From a virus, in IMG/VR virus record IMGVR_UViG_3300047476_001386, positions 7,344 to 71,343 of that record: 64,000 nt of DNA; one strand, written 5' to 3'. A program made the translations under genes and the position numbers. The notes below the pieces were generated by a model. The model searched no databases. It worked only from the letters and a program-made list of their open reading frames with translations, and had not been told where the DNA came from. Below, piece after piece: positions 33,761-44,638 of the stretch. Each line of letters opens with the position of its first letter. Within the stretch, counting starts at the first letter, position 1.

Positions 33761-36020
33761 AGTAGCAATTATAGAAAGTAAGAAGTCTCGAACTGATTAT
33801 AGTAAATACTTTGATTTTCCTTTTGATAAGTATGCCCTTGCTTCTGATCCTACTCTTAAGAAGATTCTTAAGAAGGATGTGGATATTGAAATTAATCTAG
33901 ATAATTATGAGTGGATTCTTCTAATCGGTAGCGAGCCCCTAAAGTACTTCACTAGTGTTACTTCGGTGACCGAGTACTCGGGTAAGGTTGTTGATGGTAA
34001 GTTTATCCCCCTAATTAATCCAGCAATGCTGGCATTTAAGCCTGAGTCAAAGACCCTTTGGGAAGACTCGGTAGCATCTGCCACCGCCATGGTGACCGGC
34101 GCCAAACAGTCATTTGTTTTGGATAGCTCATATTACGTGGGTATCACCGATACTCAGGAAGCACTCGCGTATATTCAAGCTGCTATAGACGATTCAGGGG
34201 AGGCAGTCGCCTTAGACTCCGAAACTTCGGCACTTTATCCTAGAAATGGTTATCCTCTAGGTATTAGTCTTTGTTATAAAGAAGACTTTGGTGCTTACAT
34301 TAGTACAGAGTGCTTTACTGAGGAAGTAGAGCAAAAGCTGCAAGAACTTTTCAAAAAGAAGATTGTAATCTTCCATAACGCTAAGTTCGATATGTCGTGG
34401 TTCACCTACCATTTTAAGTGGGAATTTCCTAGATTTGAAGATACAATGCTTATGCATTATCTTATCGACGAAACCCCTGGAACTCACGGTCTAAAGCAAC
34501 TTGCTCTTAAGTATACTAAGTTTGGAGATTACGAAAAAGAACAACAAGAGTGGATTACGGATTTTTGTAGGCGTACTGGTATAAATAAAGAAGACTTCTC
34601 ATTTGAGTATATTCCTTTTGAGATTATCACTCCATACGCTGCTATTGACTCGGTAGTGACTTATCTACTATACTTTAAGTTTAAGCCAGTTATTACTAAG
34701 AACCCCAAGTTCCTCAAAGTTTATACTCAAATCCTTATTCCTGGGTGCCGGTTCCTTACTCAAATGGAAAACAATGGAGTTCCATTTGATAACGATAGGC
34801 TAGTAAAGGCCCAAGACCTTATGCAGCAAGAGATTGATCTTGCTATACAAGAGCTGTACAAGCATGAGATCGTAAAAGAATTTGAGCAGTATCAAGGCAA
34901 GCAATTTAATCCAAATAGTGTCAATCAACTTAGAGTGCTACTGTTTGACTTTCTAAAGCTACGTCCCAGTAAGAAAACCAAAAAGGGAGAAAACTCCACT
35001 GATGCGGAAGTACTTAAGGAACTTAGCGAAGAACATGAAATTCCTGGCCTAATTCTAGATATTAGACAAAAGTCTAAAATTAAGAATACCTATCTAGACA
35101 AGATTATTCCGCAGCTAGATAGGGATAGCAGACTACGGACTAACTTCAATCTGCATGGTACTACCAGTGGTCGTCTATCTTCCAGTGGTAAACTTAATAT
35201 GCAGCAGCTGCCACGAGATAATCCTATTGTTAAGGGTTGTATTAAGGCAGCTCCAGGGCACAAGATTGTGTCCATGGACTTGAAAACTGCCGAAGTTTAT
35301 ATCGCGGCAGTTCTTTCAGGGGATCAAGGCCTTATGGACGTTTTCCGTAACAAGGAAGACTTCCACTCTAGTATGGCTAAGAAGGTATTCAAGCTTCCTT
35401 GTGAAGTTTCTGAAATTAAAACCCTCTACCCCGAACGTCGTAGTGCGGTAAAGGCTGTTACCTTTGGTATTCTATATGGTGCCGGTCCCTCAAAGATTAG
35501 TGCTGAAGTTACCAAAGATACCGGAAAGTCCTTTACTATTAAGGAAGCCGAAAAAGTTATCTCTGACTATTTCGGAGCGTTCAGTAAGCTTAAGTCTTGG
35601 ATCGAAAATAACCAAAACTTTATCGCTAATAATGGTTTTATTTATAGCTATTTTGGCAGAAAGCGTAGACTTGCTAATGTCTTTTCTGAAGATAAGGCAA
35701 TCGCAGCTCATACAGTTAGGTCTGGAATTAACTTTCTAGTGCAGTCTGCATCAAGTGATGTAAATCTACTTGGAGCTATCGATATGCAAGCCTACATTGT
35801 AGCTAACAAGATGAAGTCTAGGATTTTCGCTCTTGTACACGACTCCATTCTTGCAGAAGTACCTGATGAAGAACTAGAGCTTTATCAGGAGAAGCTGCAG
35901 CATTTCATTCAAGTTGATAGAGGCATCAGTATTCCTGGAGTTCCTATCATGTGTGACTTTGAAATTGGAGAGGACTACTCTACCGGCAAGTTTGAAAAGA
36001 CTTACGAAGACCTACTATGA
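33750..36020 (+). CDS. family A DNA polymerase with 3'-5' exonuclease and a degenerate UDG-like N-terminus
   Basis: DSET, HNAKFD, SGRLSS, D..TAE, R...KA.TFG.LYG, VHDS. Confidence 0.95.
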   Translation: MVAKVAIIESKKSRTDYSKYFDFPFDKYALASDPTLKKILKKDVDIEINLDNYEWILLIGSEPLKYFTSVTSVTEYSGKVVDGKFIPLINPAMLAFKPESKTLWEDSVASATAMVTGAKQSFVLDSSYYVGITDTQEALAYIQAAIDDSGEAVALDSETSALYPRNGYPLGISLCYKEDFGAYISTECFTEEVEQKLQELFKKKIVIFHNAKFDMSWFTYHFKWEFPRFEDTMLMHYLIDETPGTHGLKQLALKYTKFGDYEKEQQEWITDFCRRTGINKEDFSFEYIPFEIITPYAAIDSVVTYLLYFKFKPVITKNPKFLKVYTQILIPGCRFLTQMENNGVPFDNDRLVKAQDLMQQEIDLAIQELYKHEIVKEFEQYQGKQFNPNSVNQLRVLLFDFLKLRPSKKTKKGENSTDAEVLKELSEEHEIPGLILDIRQKSKIKNTYLDKIIPQLDRDSRLRTNFNLHGTTSGRLSSSGKLNMQQLPRDNPIVKGCIKAAPGHKIVSMDLKTAEVYIAAVLSGDQGLMDVFRNKEDFHSSMAKKVFKLPCEVSEIKTLYPERRSAVKAVTFGILYGAGPSKISAEVTKDTGKSFTIKEAEKVISDYFGAFSKLKSWIENNQNFIANNGFIYSYFGRKRRLANVFSEDKAIAAHTVRSGINFLVQSASSDVNLLGAIDMQAYIVANKMKSRIFALVHDSILAEVPDEELELYQEKLQHFIQVDRGISIPGVPIMCDFEIGEDYSTGKFEKTYEDLL

Positions 36021-36505
36021 TAAGAACGTATAGGGAAATTCCTAGTATCGTGTTCCCTATATATCGGCTACCATCGGATAATGTAGAGTTATCCGATGGA
36101 CTGCTATTTTTAGACGGAGAGATACTAGATGATACAAATATGCCCGGAGAAACTTTAGGACGTCGTAGGTTACAAACTCCTATGAAGGGGCTGTTTCAGC
36201 TTCCTAGAGGCTCCTATGAATTACAGTACTTATTCAAGTACAAATTCTACTTAGATTCTGCGGGCAAAGTATTTATTTATCAAAAGACTAAATCACAGGA
36301 ACTAAAACACTATAAAATCAAAAGAGTTGAGAAAAAAGATACTAAATCTTTAATCTGGTTCTTTGATATACCATTTCCAATTGAGGCTACTAGACCTCCA
36401 AACGAGAAGTTTCCTTATGCTAGGATTCTGTGTCTTAACGGCCACCCTTGGTTTGTCTACGATTTTGTCCTAGAGAAGGGCAAAGATACTAAAAGGAAAG
36501 TATGA
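36017..36505 (+). CDS. conserved T5-like hypothetical protein
   Basis: LDD.NMPG.TLG.RRL motif; position after pol. Confidence 0.75.
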   Translation: MIRTYREIPSIVFPIYRLPSDNVELSDGLLFLDGEILDDTNMPGETLGRRRLQTPMKGLFQLPRGSYELQYLFKYKFYLDSAGKVFIYQKTKSQELKHYKIKRVEKKDTKSLIWFFDIPFPIEATRPPNEKFPYARILCLNGHPWFVYDFVLEKGKDTKRKV

Positions 36506-37173
36506 GTAAATCAAGAAAGAGAGGTATCCAACAACAAAACTTTGACCTGGTAGCTGTTGCTCCTAGAACGGAAAACCAACGAAAAGTTTTTAACGCAAAA
36601 GGCCATCTAGTATTACATGGCGTTGCTGGTACTGGAAAGACCTTTCTGAGTCTCTATTTAGGCCTTAAACACCTATTTAACGGAGATTATGACAAGATTG
36701 TTCTAATAAGAAGCGCTGTACCCACAAGAGATATAGGGTTTCTTCCAGGAAATGACAGAGATAAAGCAGAGATTTACGAAAGTCCATACAGAGATGTTTG
36801 TGAGGAGCTTCTTGAGCGAGGGGATGCCTACCAAATATTAAAAGCACAAAATCAACTTGAATTTAGGACAACATCCTTTATTCGTGGAACAACTATTAGA
36901 AATTCAGTCATTGTTGTTGACGAATGTCAAAACATGACCATGCATGAACTAGACTCTATTATTACGAGAGTCGGGGATAACTGTAGAATTATATTTTCAG
37001 GAGACTTTAGACAATCAGACCTTAAGTCTAATGGATTAAATCAATTCTTTACTATTCTAAGGAACATGGGTGAATTTGAATACGTTGACTTCACTGTGGA
37101 TGACATTGTAAGAAGCGGCCTTGTCAAAAATTACATAAAGGCAAAAACAGAATATGAAAGCAGTTTTAAGTAA
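36502..37173 (+). CDS. phoH: PhoH-like ATPase
   Basis: GVAGTGKT, IGFLPG, RG.T, DECQN, GD..QSD. Confidence 0.9.
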   Translation: MSKSRKRGIQQQNFDLVAVAPRTENQRKVFNAKGHLVLHGVAGTGKTFLSLYLGLKHLFNGDYDKIVLIRSAVPTRDIGFLPGNDRDKAEIYESPYRDVCEELLERGDAYQILKAQNQLEFRTTSFIRGTTIRNSVIVVDECQNMTMHELDSIITRVGDNCRIIFSGDFRQSDLKSNGLNQFFTILRNMGEFEYVDFTVDDIVRSGLVKNYIKAKTEYESSFK

Positions 37174-38431
37174 TAGAATTTATATGGATGTAACTCCAGA
37201 ATTTGAGGAGCATCTAGATAAAGAACTGACATATAAAATACCTTCTTATAATGAAGAAGCACCACCAACTGTAATTAGAAATATGAGTTTAGTTCGTCCA
37301 GGCATTGTAACAATACCAATTGGACGAACTGACTTAATTCCTTCTAATTATGAGATTGTGGATAAAAGAATAAAGAGTCCCTGTGACTTTCCTGACTTCA
37401 AATTTTCACTAAGACCTAGCCAACAAGAAGTATATGATGCGTTAAATGATAACGCTATTATTAACGCTTGGGTTTCTTGGGGTAAGACTTTTACAGGACT
37501 AGCTATTGCTGGAAAGTTAAAGCAAAAAACCCTTATCGTTACACATACGATTCCACTAAGAAACCAGTGGGCTAGAGAAACTGAAAAAGTTTATGGGTTT
37601 TCTCCTTCTGTGATTGGAAGCGGAAGCTTTGATATGAGTAAGCCCATAACTGTTGCTAATACCCAAACTCTCTACAGAAATATACCCAAAGTCAGTAGAG
37701 AGTTTGGGACTATTATTCTTGATGAAATGCACCACGTATCTAGTCCCACTTTTTCTAAAGTACTAGACAGTAACTATGCTAGGTATAAAATTGGTCTAAG
37801 TGGTACACTTCTGAGAAAAGATGGCAAGCACGTAGTCTTTAGGGATTACTTTAGTAACAACATCTTTAAACCTCCAAAAGAAAACTATATGGTTCCGGAA
37901 ATTCATATTGCCGAAACAGGTATTCGGTTTATGGATGGAGCAAATATTCCTTGGGCCAACCGAGTTAATAACTTAACTCAAACCGAAGAATATAAAGTAC
38001 TTGTTACCTTACTAGCAAGAAAATATGCTGACCAAGGGCACAAAGTGCTAGTTCTATCTGATAGAGTAGAATTTCTAGAAACTATTTCTAAAATGATTGG
38101 CGATAAAGCTGTTGCAGTAACCGGAAAGGTTAAGGGAGATAGAGAGAGCATAATCAACTCTATTAACTTTGATAAAGATGTTATCTGTGGAACTCAGCAA
38201 ATTTTCTCTGAGGGAATTTCACAAGATAGCTTAAGTTGCTTAATTCTAGCAACACCTGTCAATAATGAGTCTCTACTAACTCAGTTGGTTGGACGAGTTG
38301 TGCGGGAAAAGAAGGGGAAACAAACCCCCGTAATTGTAGACCTAAAACTAATTGGCAAAACTGCAACACGGCAATTTAACAGTAGGCTCGGTGTTTATAT
38401 GAAGGAAGGGTATAAGGTAACTTATCTATGA
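37154..38431 (+). CDS. SF2 helicase (T5 D10-like)
   Basis: WGKT, DEMHH, SGT, QLVGRV.R. Confidence 0.9.
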   Translation: MKAVLSNRIYMDVTPEFEEHLDKELTYKIPSYNEEAPPTVIRNMSLVRPGIVTIPIGRTDLIPSNYEIVDKRIKSPCDFPDFKFSLRPSQQEVYDALNDNAIINAWVSWGKTFTGLAIAGKLKQKTLIVTHTIPLRNQWARETEKVYGFSPSVIGSGSFDMSKPITVANTQTLYRNIPKVSREFGTIILDEMHHVSSPTFSKVLDSNYARYKIGLSGTLLRKDGKHVVFRDYFSNNIFKPPKENYMVPEIHIAETGIRFMDGANIPWANRVNNLTQTEEYKVLVTLLARKYADQGHKVLVLSDRVEFLETISKMIGDKAVAVTGKVKGDRESIINSINFDKDVICGTQQIFSEGISQDSLSCLILATPVNNESLLTQLVGRVVREKKGKQTPVIVDLKLIGKTATRQFNSRLGVYMKEGYKVTYL

Positions 38432-38829
38432 AGGAACTAAATATTATTAATAATGAAACTGTAATGATCGAAGACGGTATTAACACTCTTGTTGAGAAGT
38501 GTTTTCGTAACTCTGTAAAGTCTGGATGGTGGACAGATATCAATACCGGAGCACCTCTAGAGCGTAATCAGGGTGAAATGCTTATGCTAATCGTATCTGA
38601 GATTGCAGAAGCTATGGAAGCGTGCCGAAAGAATCTTGTAAGTGACAAGATCGATGGGTACCTTGGCGTAGAAGAAGAACTTGCTGATGCAGTTATTCGA
38701 ATCGCTGACTTTTGTGGTGGATTTGACCTTGACCTAGCTGGGGCAATTCTAGATAAGTTAGAGTATAATGCCACTAGAGAAGATCATAAGATCTCCAACA
38801 GACTGCTGGAGGATGGAAAGAAGTGGTAA
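38428..38829 (+). CDS. MazG-like nucleotide pyrophosphohydrolase
   Basis: SEIAEAMEA.RK...EELAD..IR..D. Confidence 0.85.
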   Translation: MKELNIINNETVMIEDGINTLVEKCFRNSVKSGWWTDINTGAPLERNQGEMLMLIVSEIAEAMEACRKNLVSDKIDGYLGVEEELADAVIRIADFCGGFDLDLAGAILDKLEYNATREDHKISNRLLEDGKKW

Positions 38830-39575
38830 GACTTATAGCCATTACGCAACCCGTAAAAGGGCTAGAAGTAGCTACTCCTGAAGACTTAGTTGCCTATATG
38901 GCTAGAGTTTCCAACCCGAGTAATAGAGCTAATGTCAAAACAGCAAAGAAGCTCCTAAAAAGCCTTATTAGGGACGCCCATGTAAGCCCTCTTGAAATGG
39001 TAAACGTAGTCATGGAGATTACCACGACTAGGGATATCAGTAGGCAAATAATTAGGCATAGAAGCTTTACTTTTCAAGAGTGGAGTCAGCGGTATGCAGT
39101 AGTTCCGCCAACACCGCATCTACGTGAAGCTAGAATGCAAGACCCTAAAAATAGGCAAAATAGTATAGAGACAGATGATAAAAATCTGAAAGAAACTTGG
39201 AATATGAAACAAGCTTCTTCTTTCTCTAAAGCTATGGAGCAGTATAATTGGGCTTTAGATGAGGGAATAGCAAAAGAGCAGGCAAGAGTTGTATTACCCG
39301 AGGGTAATACAGAAACTACTTTATTTATGAATGGTACTCTACGTTCCTGGCTTCATTACTGCCTACTTAGAATGGGTAATGGGACGCAGAAAGAGCACAT
39401 GCAAATTGCAAGAGAATGCTGGGACTTAGTCAGGGAACAGTTTCCTGTCATTGCACAAATAGCTCTAGAAGTAAACGAAACCAATGAGTTTAAGCAAAAG
39501 CTTGTTGACTTTATGGAAGAGTTTATGCCGGACACCTTGCATAAAATAAAGCTTGACTTTCAACGCTATCTGTGA
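38823..39575 (+). CDS. thyX: flavin-dependent thymidylate synthase
   Basis: H.SPLE, RHRSFTFQEWSQRY, EQAR..LP. Confidence 0.92.
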   Translation: MVRLIAITQPVKGLEVATPEDLVAYMARVSNPSNRANVKTAKKLLKSLIRDAHVSPLEMVNVVMEITTTRDISRQIIRHRSFTFQEWSQRYAVVPPTPHLREARMQDPKNRQNSIETDDKNLKETWNMKQASSFSKAMEQYNWALDEGIAKEQARVVLPEGNTETTLFMNGTLRSWLHYCLLRMGNGTQKEHMQIARECWDLVREQFPVIAQIALEVNETNEFKQKLVDFMEEFMPDTLHKIKLDFQRYL

Positions 39576-39579
39576 TAGA

Positions 39580-39972
39580 ATGACTATTCTGTATGATTGG
39601 AACAAGATAAATAGAGCAGCTCAAGGAAAAGTAAGTAATATCATAACTATACTTGATATGATTACTTTTAAGAGAAAACCCCGTAGTAAGATTGACCCTA
39701 GGTACAAATTCTACGGTAAAGATTTCTCCGGACTGTCCTACTTACTAAATCCAGAAGAATTACTAGAGTATAAGAACACTGTAACATCAAAAGAAATAGC
39801 CCAGTACCTTGCTCTGGCTAGTTATAGAAGTCACGCAGAATTCGTTATGACAGGAGATAGGAGTCTAAGTCTCCTAAAAAATCCTGTTAGATTAGACTTA
39901 ATAAAACACAACCGCTTGCTACAGATTGACAACAGCATAAAATTTCTGTACGAAGAATTAAAGGAGATATAA
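39580..39972 (+). CDS. conserved T5-like hypothetical protein
   Basis: YDW.KI...QY..LASYR motif; position before D11. Confidence 0.7.
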   Translation: MTILYDWNKINRAAQGKVSNIITILDMITFKRKPRSKIDPRYKFYGKDFSGLSYLLNPEELLEYKNTVTSKEIAQYLALASYRSHAEFVMTGDRSLSLLKNPVRLDLIKHNRLLQIDNSIKFLYEELKEI

Positions 39973-40605
39973 ATGGCTTTAGGTTTCGCAAATCAAAAGG
40001 GTTCCGCTCAAAAGAGTTCAGTAGATACCTACAAGTATAAGGACGGAGAAAACTCTGTTCGTATCGTAGGAGACATTCTAGCCCGTTACGTTTACTGGGT
40101 AAAAGGTGAAAACAACAAGGATATTCCTATGGAGTGCCTTGAATTCAACCGCGACACTGAGCGCTTTGACAAGGCTGAGCACGACTACGTAAAGGAGTAC
40201 TTCCCAGACATTAAGTGTGGATGGGCCTACGCAGTTCAGTGTATTGCCGATGGTAAGCTAACTGTTCTCAATCTTAAGAAGAAGCTTTGGGAGCAAATTA
40301 TTCTTGCCGCTGAGGACCTTGGCGATCCTACCGATCCTGAAACTGGATGGGATATTGTCTTTGAAAAGAAGAAGACTGGTCCTCGTCCTATTAACGTAGA
40401 ATACACCCTGCGAATTCTGCGTTGTAAGCCTCGTGCTCTTAATGAGCAGGAGCTAGCTCTTATTGCTGACCTAAAGTCTATGGATGAAGTTATTCCTCGT
40501 CCTACGGCTGAGGCTCAGAAGGCTCTACTTGAGCGTCTGAGAAATGGTGGTAATAGCGAAAATATTGATGAAGAAACGATTGAGGACGAATACTCAATCT
40601 CGTAA
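39973..40605 (+). CDS. single-stranded DNA-binding protein (T5 D11-like)
   Basis: RYVYW, LKKKL..QI...AEDLGDPTDPETGWD; acidic tail. Confidence 0.85.
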   Translation: MALGFANQKGSAQKSSVDTYKYKDGENSVRIVGDILARYVYWVKGENNKDIPMECLEFNRDTERFDKAEHDYVKEYFPDIKCGWAYAVQCIADGKLTVLNLKKKLWEQIILAAEDLGDPTDPETGWDIVFEKKKTGPRPINVEYTLRILRCKPRALNEQELALIADLKSMDEVIPRPTAEAQKALLERLRNGGNSENIDEETIEDEYSIS

Positions 40606-40613
40606 TATCTATA

Positions 40614-40641
40614 GCGGGGGCCTAACAGCCCCCGTATTTTT
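40614..40641 (+). terminator. intrinsic terminator
   Basis: CGGGGG...CCCCG followed by TATTTTT. Confidence 0.6.
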
Positions 40642-40653
40642 ATCAGGAGTATT

Positions 40654-41589
40654 ATGATTTTATTCATAGCTGATATCCATATAAAGCTAGGGCAGAAGAA
40701 TGTTCCAGTTGAGTGGGCTCGAAATAGGTATTTAAGTTTCTTTAATCAAGTATGGAATATCTCATGCTCTAGAATTATTCTAGGTGGAGATATTTTTGAT
40801 AGACTTCCATCAATGGAAGAACTACAATTATACTTTACTTTCATTAAAGGAATTACAGTTCCTACATATATTTACAGTGGAAACCATGAATCCACTAAAA
40901 AAGGAAAGTCATTCTTTTCTTTTCTAAAAGAAGCTACTACTGCTATAAATCCTCTAGTTGAGGTAGTAGATGAGGTTCTAGTTACTGAGGAATTCACAAT
41001 TGTACCATACGAATTTATACACACAGTGGACTGGGCTAGTCTTCCCCAGCAGCCTTTATATACTCACGTTCGCGGAGAAATTCCGCCGCACGTAAAGCCA
41101 GAAATAGATTTAAGTCTGTTAGATAGATTTCCAATAGTATATGCTGGCGACTTACACTCCCATTCTAATACGCAAAGAAATATAATATACCCGGGTAGTC
41201 CAATGACTACTTCTTTCCACAGAAAGCACGTAGAAACTGGGTATCTACTAATAGATGGCACAGAGTGGAATTGGTACAAATTTGAACTGCCACAGTTAAT
41301 TAGAAAAACTGTTACAAGTGACAAAGACATGGTCCCTACAGATTATGACCATACTATCTATGAACTTGAGGGTGATCTGGTAGAACTATCTAATGTTAAG
41401 TCAAACGATCTACTAGATAAGAAACTTGTAAAGCGTGCTACAGATACAACTTTAGTTCTTAGTAAGGATATGACTATGGAACAAGAGTTAATTGAGTATT
41501 TTCTCTACGTCATGGAAATTCCCGAGGAAAAAATACCAGAACTAATAGGAGTTTTTAATGATAAAGTTAAAAAGACTGACATGGGATAA
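40654..41589 (+). CDS. SbcD/Mre11-like nuclease (T5 D12-like)
   Basis: ADIH, GGD.FD, GNHE, GDLH. Confidence 0.9.
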   Translation: MILFIADIHIKLGQKNVPVEWARNRYLSFFNQVWNISCSRIILGGDIFDRLPSMEELQLYFTFIKGITVPTYIYSGNHESTKKGKSFFSFLKEATTAINPLVEVVDEVLVTEEFTIVPYEFIHTVDWASLPQQPLYTHVRGEIPPHVKPEIDLSLLDRFPIVYAGDLHSHSNTQRNIIYPGSPMTTSFHRKHVETGYLLIDGTEWNWYKFELPQLIRKTVTSDKDMVPTDYDHTIYELEGDLVELSNVKSNDLLDKKLVKRATDTTLVLSKDMTMEQELIEYFLYVMEIPEEKIPELIGVFNDKVKKTDMG

Positions 41590-43360
41590 CTGCTTTAGCT
41601 ATGGTAAAGATAATTATCTAGACCTAGATGAGCATACTATTACACAGATTATTGGATTAAATGGAACGGGTAAATCCTCTATTCCACTAATAATCGAAGA
41701 AATTCTCTTTAGTAAAAACTCTAAGGGAATTAAAAAAGCTGATATCGCTAATAGAAATACTGGTAGTGACTCTTATAATATAACACTATCTTTTGAAGTA
41801 GGAACATCAGATTATGTACTAAAGCTCACTAGAGGTTCTGCTTTAAAAGTGGTTCTTCTAGAAAATGGTACCGATATTTCTAGCCATACGGCTACTAATA
41901 CACTAAAAACAGTACTTGATCTACTTGGTATGGATTTCAAGACAATGTCTCAGTTATTCTACCAGAATACAAATGCTAGCCTACAGTTTCTAACAGCTAC
42001 AGATACAAATAGAAAGAAGTTTCTAATTGATCTTCTACATCTAGAAAATTATGTAGAGCTGTTTGATATTTTCAAGGAAGCAGTAAAAGAAAGTTCGCTA
42101 CAAGTATCTGGACTAGCTTCTAGGGTATCGACCATTCAAAAATGGTTGGACACAAATAAGTTGGAGGCTACGGAAGTACTGCCCCTTATAAATTTAGATA
42201 TTTCTTCGGATAAAGACGAGATTGAATTAGGTTCATTAACGCAGGAACTTAAAAGTATCTCCGAGAAAAATAAAAAAATCTCCATCAATAATGATAATAT
42301 TGAACGGTTAGCTAAGATTGATTTTTCCCAGTACGCGAAGATACCGGCGAACGAAATACTATCTTATGATAAAGAACAGCAAGAACTTGGAGCTAAGAAG
42401 AGCCAAACTCTTAGCCTTAAAAAGTCGATAGAAAAGCTACAAGGTCTAGGAGATCAATGTCCCACGTGTGAGCAGGATATTGCTCCAGAATTCAAACAAA
42501 GGTTAATTGAAGAAGATCGTGTAAATCTAGCACAGCTAGAGACAGACATTGAGTCCCTTCAAGAAACAATAGATAAAATTCAACTTAATAATACGCAGTT
42601 TAATAAGAAGGTTAAACTTCAACGTGATTATGAAGATGCGCTTAGAGCTGTAGATAAAAGTCTGCCAACTACGCTACTTGATCGTCAAGAGTTTGAAGTT
42701 AAAATTGAGACCCTTAGAAAAACTATTGCCGATACTCAAGCAGAGATTGCTCGTATTATTAAAGAGAATGAGCGCAGAACAAAAAGCAACACTAGAATAC
42801 AAGTTATAGAGGAACAAACAGCTTCCTTTTTAGCTGAATTAAATGAGGCATCTACAAGTCTTGACCTCGAAAACGATAGACTTGGTAAACTAGAGATTCT
42901 AAAGAAAGCCTTTAGTTCTAATGGTCTCATTGCATATAAGATTGAAAACCTAATCAAGGAACTCGAAGAGCTTACTAATACATACTTAGCAGAACTATCT
43001 GACGGTAGATTTACTATCGAGTTTGTAGTTTCTAATGATAAGTTAAATGTAGAAGTTACGGATTTTGGTAAGCCTGTGGATATTATAGCTCTTTCAAGTG
43101 GAGAACTTGCACGAGTTAACACAGCAACGCTCCTAGCCCTTAGAAAGCTTATGAATAGCATTTCTAAGTCCAAACTCAACGTATTATTCCTAGACGAGGT
43201 GATTAACGTATTAGACGAAACCGGTAAAGAGAAACTAGTAGAAGTGCTATTAAATGAGGATTTAAATACCTTTATTGTTTCTCATAACTGGACACACCCA
43301 TTGCTCGAAAAGATTGAGATAATCAAGGACGAGAACGGTGTAAGTCGCATAGAAAGGTAA
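41558..43360 (+). CDS. SbcC/Rad50-like ATPase (T5 D13-like)
   Basis: GLNGTGKS, CPTC hook, LSSGE, LFLDE. Confidence 0.92.
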   Translation: MIKLKRLTWDNCFSYGKDNYLDLDEHTITQIIGLNGTGKSSIPLIIEEILFSKNSKGIKKADIANRNTGSDSYNITLSFEVGTSDYVLKLTRGSALKVVLLENGTDISSHTATNTLKTVLDLLGMDFKTMSQLFYQNTNASLQFLTATDTNRKKFLIDLLHLENYVELFDIFKEAVKESSLQVSGLASRVSTIQKWLDTNKLEATEVLPLINLDISSDKDEIELGSLTQELKSISEKNKKISINNDNIERLAKIDFSQYAKIPANEILSYDKEQQELGAKKSQTLSLKKSIEKLQGLGDQCPTCEQDIAPEFKQRLIEEDRVNLAQLETDIESLQETIDKIQLNNTQFNKKVKLQRDYEDALRAVDKSLPTTLLDRQEFEVKIETLRKTIADTQAEIARIIKENERRTKSNTRIQVIEEQTASFLAELNEASTSLDLENDRLGKLEILKKAFSSNGLIAYKIENLIKELEELTNTYLAELSDGRFTIEFVVSNDKLNVEVTDFGKPVDIIALSSGELARVNTATLLALRKLMNSISKSKLNVLFLDEVINVLDETGKEKLVEVLLNEDLNTFIVSHNWTHPLLEKIEIIKDENGVSRIER

Positions 43361-43361
43361 T

Positions 43362-43802
43362 ATGGTAGACTCACGAGCAAAAGGAGCCCGTGGTGAATAT
43401 CTAGTAAGAGATTTACTTAGAGATTATACCGGACTACAATTTGAGAGAGTCCCCATGTCGGGGGCTCTCGAATATCTCAAGGGAGACCTATACATTCCTA
43501 ACTCTAGTAATGTATTCTGTATAGAAGTGAAGAACTATGCAGACTCTCCCTTGACAGACAAGATATTTACACAAGAAAAAACCAACAACTTAGTCAAATG
43601 GTGGATAAAGATTAAACACCAGGCTTCTAATTGTAATCAAGAACCTTTGTTATTCTTCAAATATGATAGGTCCAAAGTATTTGTGGCTACAGTAAGAAAG
43701 CCAGAACGAACTGAAAAGTTTCTTTACATTGGCTGGTTATCATGCTATATTATATTAGCAGAAGAATGGCTAGAAAAAGAAAAAGTGGAATTTATAAAAT
43801 GA
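43362..43802 (+). CDS. Holliday junction resolvase-like protein (T5 D14-like)
   Basis: SRAKGARGE...GDL...IEVKN PD-(D/E)xK motif. Confidence 0.85.
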   Translation: MVDSRAKGARGEYLVRDLLRDYTGLQFERVPMSGALEYLKGDLYIPNSSNVFCIEVKNYADSPLTDKIFTQEKTNNLVKWWIKIKHQASNCNQEPLLFFKYDRSKVFVATVRKPERTEKFLYIGWLSCYIILAEEWLEKEKVEFIK

Positions 43803-44638
43803 AGTTTCCTGAAAACAAAGAACGGCCAAGTGGTAATCTTATGGTTGTGGATGCGCTCAATCTAGCCTTTAGATGGAAGCATAACAAAGAACTTGTATTC
43901 GCAACTAAGTATCGAGATACAGTAAAGTCCCTAGCAAAGTCTTATGACTGTGGCTCTATTATAATTGCCGCAGATTGGGGTAAATCTACATTTAGGCGAG
44001 AAATTTATCCTGAGTATAAGCAAAATCGTCAAGAAATTGTAGATGCTCAAACTGACGAGGAGCGTGAGGAGTCTGAACTCTTTTTCGCCGAGTATGAAAA
44101 CACTCTTGCGCTTCTAGCAAAGGAGTTTCCAGTATTTCGCTACAAGGGTGTAGAAGCCGACGATATTGCAGCTTGGGTTGTCCGTAATCGAAAAAAGTTC
44201 AACTACGAAAACGTCTGGCTTATTAGTTCTGACCGAGACTGGGACCTCCTAATTAGTGAAGACGTAAGTCGCTTTTCTTATGTCACTAGAAAAGAGACTA
44301 CTTTGGCAACTTGGGACTACGATGTATCTCCCGAGTTTTATATCTCTTATAAGTGCCTAATCGGCGATAAGGGAGATAATATTCCTGGAATTGCAGGAGT
44401 CGGTCCAAAGAAAGCCGCAAAGCTTATCGAAGACTACGGCGACGCATTTGATATTCATGCAGCGTGCCCAATTCCTAGCACTTATAAGTATATACAGACT
44501 CTGAATGAAAACAAAGACCAACTACTGATTAATTACGAATTGATGGATTTAATTACTTATTGCGAAGAAGCAATAGGGAAGTCTAACGTATTAGACTTGG
44601 AGTGGAGATTAAATGAATATCGACTACAGCAGGGATAA
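43799..44638 (+). CDS. flap endonuclease / 5'-3' exonuclease (T5 D15-like)
   Basis: VDALN, YK.NR, EADD, SSDRD, GDKGDNIPG..GVGPK. Confidence 0.92.
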   Translation: MKFPENKERPSGNLMVVDALNLAFRWKHNKELVFATKYRDTVKSLAKSYDCGSIIIAADWGKSTFRREIYPEYKQNRQEIVDAQTDEEREESELFFAEYENTLALLAKEFPVFRYKGVEADDIAAWVVRNRKKFNYENVWLISSDRDWDLLISEDVSRFSYVTRKETTLATWDYDVSPEFYISYKCLIGDKGDNIPGIAGVGPKKAAKLIEDYGDAFDIHAACPIPSTYKYIQTLNENKDQLLINYELMDLITYCEEAIGKSNVLDLEWRLNEYRLQQG

